DNA of 64,000 bases from the NCBI GenBank assembly GCA_964016885.1, contig OZ024742.1:27900001-27964000 (forward strand), read 5' to 3'. The translations under genes and the position numbers were made by a program. This document shows, piece by piece, positions 54,400-64,000 of this stretch. The stretch's first letter is position 1; the number at the start of each line of letters is the position of its first letter. The notes under the pieces were generated by a model that saw nothing but the letters and a program-made list of their open reading frames with translations, did not search any database and was not told where the DNA came from. The stretch comes from Eledone cirrhosa (Eukaryota).

Positions 54400-54985
54400 T
54401 AATAATTGTTTCTACTTTTGGCACAAGGCCAGTAATTACCTCAGTACATTACTGGTACTTTATTTTATCGACCCCGTAAGGATGAAAGGCAAAGTTAACC
54501 TCAGCGGCATTTGAACTCAGAATGTCATAACTCTATACGTCAAAGCATGGCGTCTGACCCTCTACCGATACTGCCAATCCACCACACAGCATAATAATAA
54601 TGATGATGCTTCCAATTTCGGCACAAGGTCAACAATTTTAGGGGAGGGGAAAGTCAATTAAATCAACCCCAATACATTACAGGTACTTTATTTTATCGAC
54701 CCTGAAAGGATGAAAGGCAAAGCTAACCTCGGTAGGATTTGAACTTAGACTGTAAAGGGCCGTAACTCTCTGCCATAAAGCAGAGTGTTCAACGCTCTAC
54801 CGATACTGCCTATCCATCTAATAATAATAATAATAATAATAATTTTTTCGACTTTAGGCACAAGGCGAGCAATTTCGGGTGAGGAGAAAGTCAATTAAAT
54901 TGATCCCAGTGTATGACTGGTACTTTAATTTATTGACCCCAAAAGGATGAAAAGCAAAGATAACCTTGACAGGGTTTCAACTAAA
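54400..54985 (-). mobile_element. Cluster of three SINE-A copies
   Basis: Three consecutive copies separated by (AAT)n. Confidence 0.8.
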
Positions 54986-57342
54986 ATAATAATAGTAAAG
55001 TAGTTGGAAGGTAATTCCCAACGTGCACTTGATAGGTTTGTTGCATGGATGGAATTAAAGTGATGTGAAGACTGAGACACTTGTCATCTCATGGAAGCCT
55101 ACACAGAAGAGATTAAATCTGAGAGAGTTATAATGTTAATATCACATCTGTTGTAATAGCATTGTTTTCACTTTTGTTATTGCAATCAGTGCCAGATTTA
55201 CTATTGTGCTTAGGTCTGCTTAAGCACAGGGTCCTATTGACCAGTGGGGGACCCATCTTCCTGTGTAGGCCTACCTCCTTCAAGGCCCAAGTAAGGGACC
55301 TCATAACTTAACTAGCACAGGTCCTCATTTGTCCTAAATCCAGCACTGATTGCAACGACTGCTTATTGCCCAATGAAAGAATGGAGACAATGTGGAGTAG
55401 AGTTAACTCTTTAGTCATGCAGTGGACAAGGAAACCTTTGGTGTCATGATAAATGTACACAGTGTTCTTCATAAAGGGGTTATTGCTCAACCATATATGA
55501 GCTAGAGAGGATTCTTCAGTCAATTTGAGGACATACCAACTTCTCTAGTGTTGGTGTCACTATAAAATACATTAGTAAAACAGTTAGTATTAAGACAAAC
55601 ATCCAGCCAAAGCAACCATGCCAAAACTTAGAATACACTAGTGTTCAAAAGAGCATTAATTCCCAATAAAAACTGACTTGAATGATAGTCACCCCATGTC
55701 CAATATGTGTCAGCATGGAAGGTGGATATAAATGATATTGATGTTGATGAAAGATATGACAATAATGGTGATAATGATGAAAGTGCTGATAACAAAAATG
55801 CCATTGATGATGATGATGATGAAAGTGCTGATAGCAACAATGACATTGATGTTGATGAAAGAGATGGTGGAAATGGTGATAACAATGAAAGAGTTGATAA
55901 CAACAATGACATTGATGTTGATTATGATGATGAAAATGATGATGACAAGAATGACGATGATGACGAAAAAGGCGATGATGATTATGATGATGATGAAAAA
56001 GACATTAAGCAATAACACTGACGACGATTACAAAGACGATAACAGCAACAATGATGTTGACAATGATGATGATGTTTAGCTAGGTAGTCAGCTAACTCAC
56101 CAATCATGTTTGTGTATATATGATCTGTCTTTGTAAAGACTGGTCAGTAAGAAACTAAGCAGTCAATTATTTCTTTATGTTGATTATGTATTCTACAGTC
56201 GATATTATTAGCCTCTTCTTTTGTTTTATTATATTTTATTTTAGTAGCTTTTATATAGTAAAGCCATTGATCTTGTTTAGCTAAAACCAAATCTTCTGTT
56301 TCTGTCTTTAGTCTAGAGAGCTTTTAAACATTTGTTGTCGTTCATATTGACTCAGTATCCCTCTAGCTACTATTGCAGGATATTGACAATGGAGAAATAC
56401 TTTTTTTTTTCATTTCCATTTTTTCTGTTTATTATCTTTTGAAGTCCTGCTTTGATTTTATCCATTACATTTTTTATTATTTCTTTGGCTTTTCTGTTAT
56501 TTTGTCCTTATGTAAAACCTTTTACCTCAGCATAATTACCTTCTAGTTTGTACTTTATTGTTTCTTTTAGATCTAGAGAAACATTTTTTTAAAAATATTA
56601 TTTAGATTTTTTTTTCATTCACGCTGTCTTATTACACTAATCAGTTTTCTTTCTGCTTGCTTCTAAGCATTTTTTCTATATCCTTTGTGGTTAATTTGTA
56701 ATAGTTTGCTATTTGTATCAAGCCCTGGCCTTCATGTTTACATTATAGGTATATCTTATCATGGGTTTGCTATGTAAAGAGTAATTTTCTAGTTTTCCGG
56801 TTTAAGCTTTTAAGTTCACTTAATTTTCAATTTATTATATTGAAGCTGTAGTTTATGGTTTTGGTAGCTAGTATATTTATATTTATTATCTTATTTATGT
56901 CTACAAGTTTAGTTCTTTTAAAATTAGACTAACTGTTCTAAAGTGCTTTTTTCTAAGTTTCTATTTAACTTCTGTGTGTTGTATCTTAATTAGATTCATC
57001 TACTTCTAAGTAACTGTGTAGTTGGTTCTTTTTAATTATTTGAAGATAATTCTTTTTCCTTTATTTAATTTTCTTCTTGTTAGAGTAGCTTTGACTTATA
57101 TATCTAACCACACCGTCATTCTTCATGTCACTAATGAATCTATGAGCAATTATATACATTCTAATTAGGTGCTATCTATAGAGTAAGGTGTGACTTGAGG
57201 GAGATTTGGTTGCTATTTCTAGCAGGTTGTGTAATTATACAGAAATTCCATCAATGTTGTCTGTGTTAGGGGTATTGGTTTCAAGAAGACTTTTTTTAAT
57301 GATATTTCTTTCATAATGGAAGAATTGCTTAAGTTTATCAAA

Positions 57343-57830
57343 TAATTGTTTCTACTTTAGGCACAAGGCCAGCAATTACCCAGTGCATTACTGGTACTTT
57401 ATTTTATCGATCCCGTAAGAATGAAAGGTAAAGTCAACCTCGGCGGGATTTGAACTCAGATCGTAAAGGGACGTAACTATACTGGAAAGCATGGCGTCCG
57501 ACCCTCTACCGATACTGCCAAATCAAATAATTGTTTCTACATTTGGCACAAGGCCAGCAATTACCCAGTGCATTACTGGTACTTTATTTTATCGACCCCG
57601 TAAGGATGAAAGGCAAAGTTAACCTCGGCGGGATTTGAACTGAGTCCGTAAAGGGACGTAACTGTGCTGCAAAGTATGGCGTCCGACCCTCTACCTATAC
57701 TGCCAAATCAGATCTGAGTTCAAATCCCGCCAAGGTTAACTTTGCCTTTCATCCTTACGGGGTCGATAAAATAAAGTACCAGTAATACACTGGTAATTGC
57801 TGGCCTTGTGCTAAAAGTAGAAACAATTAT
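57343..57830. mobile_element. Two minus SINE-A copies followed by an inverted partial copy
   Basis: 57343-57522 (-), 57528-57706 (-), 57709-57830 (+). Confidence 0.85.
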
Positions 57831-59002
57831 CTAACATGCTTTTGTCATGATTTCATAAGAAGCAGTCACAGATTCCAGAAACCTTTGTAGTTCACATGAT
57901 TAATAAAGGAATCGATTGACAAGATTTGCTTACCAAGTGGGATGGAGCTCATCAAATTGGAGCAACAAAATAATAATTCCATTGGTCTTTCCATTGCTGG
58001 TACTATTTACTGGTCACAATTCCTGGCAGAAGGAGCAATGTGAAATAAAGTGTCTTGCTCAAAGGCATAGCACATTGCTCAGTCCAGTAATCAAGCCCAC
58101 AACCTCATGATTGTGAATCTAAATCTCTAACCGCTAAGCCACCGGCCTTCACAGATGATTAACAAAATAAAAAATGCATATGATATAGACACAGAATGAT
58201 AATAAAAGTCATAATTTTTTCTGTCACTTCTCATTGTTTTCATTTTACTTTATGTCATACCTTTTAACTTAACATCCTACAAGAATTTAGCAAAAAATAT
58301 CTTTAAATTATATTTGTGGACATTCATGTTGTCCTTAATATTGCCAAAAATAGTAAAACACACTCACTGTTTGGTTTGGTTTTCGCTTCAGTTTCAGTAC
58401 ATTTAAAAACATATTTCTATAAATGATTTAACTGGCAAATCATTGTTTATCATTGATTGACCAACAGTTAAAAATATAATTATAAAGATAATTTCTTAAA
58501 GTTGGTTTCTTAATTCAAATGATTGTTAATACTTACCAATTCAAATTTTTACTAGAGGACAAATCGTTGGGAAAATTTCCAGTAAACTAATATAAATACT
58601 TTAAATTTTAATGTGATGCAGTCATAATGCTTTTGTGTATTTTCAAGAATATCTTACTAATGTTGTCTCATGTGACAGAGGGCGTTCAGAGTTAATATTT
58701 GATAAATTTCCATCTACTTTCTTCAACACTTTTCCTTTTGCTACTTCACTAACTAAAGATATTTATTTCCTTGCTTTGTTGATCTTCTATTGTTTATTTT
58801 CTTCACGTTCGTTTTTGATGGTCTTAGATGATAGGTGATGTATTTCAATAAAATTAAACTCTCATTCCTTCAACACTCACATCACTTCTCTGCTATTTAT
58901 TTGCTTCAGTAAAAAAATAATTTTTCTGTAAGGGCTACATTATTATTATTATTGTTATTATCATCATTATTGCTACTATTATTATTGTCATTATTATTAT
59001 TA

Positions 59003-59975
59003 TGGTAGATTGGCAGAATCGGTAGAGCGTCAGACGACATTCTTCGTGGCATAGTTATGGCCCTTTACATTTTCTGAGTCCAAATCGTGCTGAGGTTAGC
59101 TTTGCCTTTCATGCTTACGGGGTCGATAAAATAAAGCATGCACTGGTGTCGATTTAATCAACTTCCCCTCCCCTTCAAATTGTTGGCCTTGCGCCTAAAG
59201 TAGAAACAATTATTATTATTATTATATGTAGGTGGTGAATTGGCAGTATCGGTAGAGGGTCGGGCGTCATGCTTTGCAGCATAGAGTTACGGCCCTTTAT
59301 GATCTGAGTTCAAATCCCATCGAGGTTAACTTTGCCTTTCATAGTTACAGGATCGATAAAATAAAGTACCAGTAATACACTGGGGTAATTGCTGGCCTTG
59401 TGCCAAAAGTAGAAACAATTATTATATGTAGGTATCACAACAAAAAGCATCCAGTACTCAGTATAAATGTTAGTCTTAGGAAGTGCATCTAGTCATAGGA
59501 AGAAACCAAACCAAAATCAGTTCTGTAGGAGCAAGACATAGTCACCTGACCTGGCATAGCTCACAACAGGATAACACGTCTAACCCATACTAGCAAGGAA
59601 AAATGCATTTTAAATGGTGATGATGATGATATTATTATTATTGTCCCCCATATGTAGGCCCTAGTGGCCAATAAAGAAATTATTTGGCAGTATCAGTAGA
59701 GAGTCGGACACCATGTTTTGCAGCATAGAGTTACGGCCCTTTACGGTCTGAGTTCAAATCCCGCCGAAGTTAACTTTACCTTTCATCCTTACAGGGTCGA
59801 TAAAATTTAAGCACCAGTAACGCACTGGGGTCGATTTAATCGACTTTCCCCTCCCCTTAAATTGCTGGCCTTGTGTCTAAATGAGAAAGCATTATTATTA
59901 TTAGGGGTCGATAAAATAAAGTACCAGTAATGTACTTGGTAATTGCTGGCTTTGTGCCAAAAGTAGAAACAATTA
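59003..59975 (+). mobile_element. Cluster of four SINE-A copies with an RTE-tail fragment
   Basis: 59003-59215, 59232-59423, 59683-59890, 59903-59975. Confidence 0.8.
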
Positions 59976-60454
59976 TTACTATTACTATTATAATATTTGT
60001 CTAACATTTCTCACAGATATTTACTTAGGAAAAAAGCTTGGGAATCTGTTTCTGATAATCCTTGTTCATTGATTTTCTTATGATCAACTCTCTCCTACAT
60101 TGTTGTGGTTACATTTATCTCATTGTTGACTCTGCTTATTCTATTGTTACATCTGTGTTATTTACTCTTCTTCTTGCTATCTATGAAGCTGATGTAGATT
60201 TTTACTGTTGTTGCAGGCTATTGCAATAGTTGAATAGTTGTTTCTATTGGCTCTTGTTTGGTCCTCAACATTGTTGTTGTGATTATACTTGTGCTGTTTT
60301 CATTACTACTTTGTAGGAGCTCATCAATTTTCTATGTGGTCAATGCTTTTCCATTTAACTTTCAGTATGTGTATGTGTATATATATATATATATATATAT
60401 AAATTCACCGAGAATCGCATTTCGGCAGGTAGAAAAAGCGCAACGAAATGCAAA

Positions 60455-61710
<1,256 letters not shown>

Positions 61711-62536
61711 TTTGTAGATAAATCTACCAAAATATACGCTGTATGTATTTACACATATATACATATATACATATATATATGAGTTATTTTTATTCCTTGT
61801 TCCTGAGATCTTTTTTATTGTTTATAATAAATGTGTGTATATTTACTAATATAGTTGATGTTTTATATCATCTTTGCCTCTTTTTTTTTTCATCTGCATC
61901 AACAGATCTCGTACATCTGTTTTATGGTGCTAGCATGTGTTAGATATACAGCTTACGAAGAAGTACATATGAAACACTTCAAGGTATTAAGTTTTTGCTC
62001 CATCAATCTCGAGTTGTTTTCATTTTAATTTGTCAGAATGCTAGTAATAGCAATAGGAAGCGAGCCTTTTTGTCAAAGATTAACATTTTTAGAGGACAAC
62101 TACTTCTACTATTCATACTACATGTGATTCATAGCATGACCACATTAAACTCTCTCTATGACATTCCTCATATATCCTCACATAAAAGGCATTGTTTTTT
62201 ATAGCTGTCTTTTCTTGTTGGTCATCATTCATGTATTTTCTATCATTCAGTTTCTTTCAAGTTGGTTTGTTTATATTTATTTATGTCTCATTTTTTTGAG
62301 ATTGCCCATATTACTTTGTTCCTCTAAACAGTATATTTTATGCTGCTCCAAGACAAGGAACACATAAAATAAATATTTGTTCAACTTGCTACAACTCCAA
62401 ATAATATCTCTATCTCTACTTGTTTTCTATATTTTCCTCTTAGATTCAGTTCTAATATTATTGGTTTTATATTATTTTCTTATAGAGCTCTGCTTCTTCA
62501 CCCTTGTCTGTCATCCAGTCCCCAATTTACTATTAT

Positions 62537-62925
62537 ATCATCATCATCATTTAACATCCACATTTCTCTGCTTGCAAGGGTGGGACAGGTCCTATCCACT
62601 TGTCACGGTCCTTCGTCATCTCCTCCGTGAGCTTCAGCAATCTGTGATCCGCTCTCACCACCCCCGTCCATGTTTGTTTGTAGTCTTCCTCTTCTGTGTC
62701 TTCCTCCTACTGGGATTTTTTGATACTTCTTTACCCAGCGGTCATCCTCCATGCGCATCACATGACCATACCATCGCAGTCTTCTCTCCCGCACATTACA
62801 ATTTATCCCTCTTATACACAGTTTCTCTCTCAACTCGTCTATGCTTGGTTGTTCACGCACATTGACATTGCACATCCAACAGAGCATGCTTGCTTCATTT
62901 CTCTCCAGCCGTCGCATATCTTCTG
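62537..62925 (-). mobile_element. 3' fragment of a related RTE subfamily
   Basis: RRLERNEASMLCWMC...RERRLRWYGHVMRM, (GAT)n tail; similar fragment at 43030-43220 (+). Confidence 0.85.
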
Positions 62926-62959
62926 CAGTTATTATTATTATTTACGGAGGAGATGACAA

Positions 62960-63570
62960 GGGCGGTGGAATGGCAGTATCGGTAGAGAGTCGGACACCAT
63001 GCTTTGAAGCATAGAGTTACGTCCCTTTATGATCTGAGCTCAAATCCCACCGAGGTTAACTTTGCCTTTCATCCTTACGGGGTAGATAAAATAAAGTACC
63101 AGTAATGTACTGGGTAATTTGCTGGCCTTGTGCCAATAGTAGAAACAATTATTTATGGTGGTGGAATGTTGGACAACTTTCTTTGTGGAATAGAGTTGTG
63201 GCCCTTTACGTTCTGAGTTCAAACCCTGCCACGGTTAGCTTTGCTTTTCATTTTTATGGGGTACATAAAATAAAGTAGCAGTAATATACTAGGGTCGATT
63301 TTTTATATTTGATTTTTTCCTGCAAATTGCTTGCCTTGTGCCAAATATAGAAAGAATTTATATTAATGTTGTAATAATAATTTGAAGGGGGAGGGGAAGT
63401 CGATAAAATCAACCCCAGTACATTACTGGTACTTTATTTTGTTGACCCTGTAATGATGAAAGGCAAAGTTAACCTCGGCAGGATTTGAACTCAGAACGCA
63501 AAGGGCTGTAAATATGACACAAAGCATGTTGTCTGATGCTCCACCGATTCTGCCAATCCATGGCCCTTGT
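62960..63570. mobile_element. Three SINE-A copies (+,+,-)
   Basis: 62960-63152 (+), 63157-63355 (+), 63385-63570 (-). Confidence 0.8.
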
Positions 63571-64000
63571 AACAATAATAATATTAACACACACATACAC
63601 ACACTATAATATATCACTAGTCACTTTTATATAAACATACACACATATAAACTATTACTTTATACATACACATACTCTCTCTCTCTCACACACACACAAT
63701 CTCTCTCGCTCTCTCTCTTACACACACTCTCTCTCTCACACACACACTCTTTCACACACACACACACAAAGCTTGACTATGTTTCACAAAATGTTTTCAT
63801 ACACTCAAACACACACACACATACACATGCCATCACATACATTCACATGCCCACATATATGTACACACATGCCACCGCATACACAAGCACACATACACAC
63901 TTACACACATATTTCTTGATAAACCTATAAATGAACACATGCAGCATATACACATATACTCCCCACCTCCCCAAACACCCACACACACACCCACATGTAT

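Noticed and set aside
50940-57120. Possible ancient retroelement ORF remnants at about 51.0-51.5 kb, 55.0-55.7 kb and 56.1-57.1 kb
   Set aside because: Composition is suggestive, but no diagnostic motif could be read with confidence.
58536-58590. Possible micro-exon ending in GTAAGT on the minus strand
   Set aside because: Weak acceptor, phases do not fit the phase-0 Ig exon, no recognisable peptide.

Overview
AT-rich, microsatellite-laden eukaryotic DNA. The SINE/RTE/MITE repertoire points to a coleoid cephalopod, probably an octopus (inference). The only convincing host coding sequence is one 211-nt minus-strand exon (30096-30306) encoding the C-terminal part of an Ig V/I-set domain of Dpr/DIP/zig-8 type, so most of the window is probably intron. 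There is one tRNA-Asp(GTC) gene (40611-40682, minus). Mobile DNA: a near full-length but disabled RTE LINE with an internal PHD-like finger plus two 5'-truncated copies, fragments of other RTE families, two tRNA-headed SINE families (about 30 copies), a Helitron remnant, a probable Chapaev-3 transposase remnant, TTAA piggyBac-type MITEs and many minisatellites. The most striking unannotated signal is a set of small elements inserted in (TA)n tracts. They belong to several sequence-unrelated families, carry type I hammerhead ribozyme cores (CUGANGA...GAAA...NUH) and are often built as head-to-head inverted repeats with one longer arm. They are most likely Penelope-like-element pLTR derivatives or retrozyme-like elements. 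At least three hammerheads look structurally intact (41483-41551, 37852-37922, 38052-38122). All folds and alignments were done by eye and repeat boundaries are approximate.
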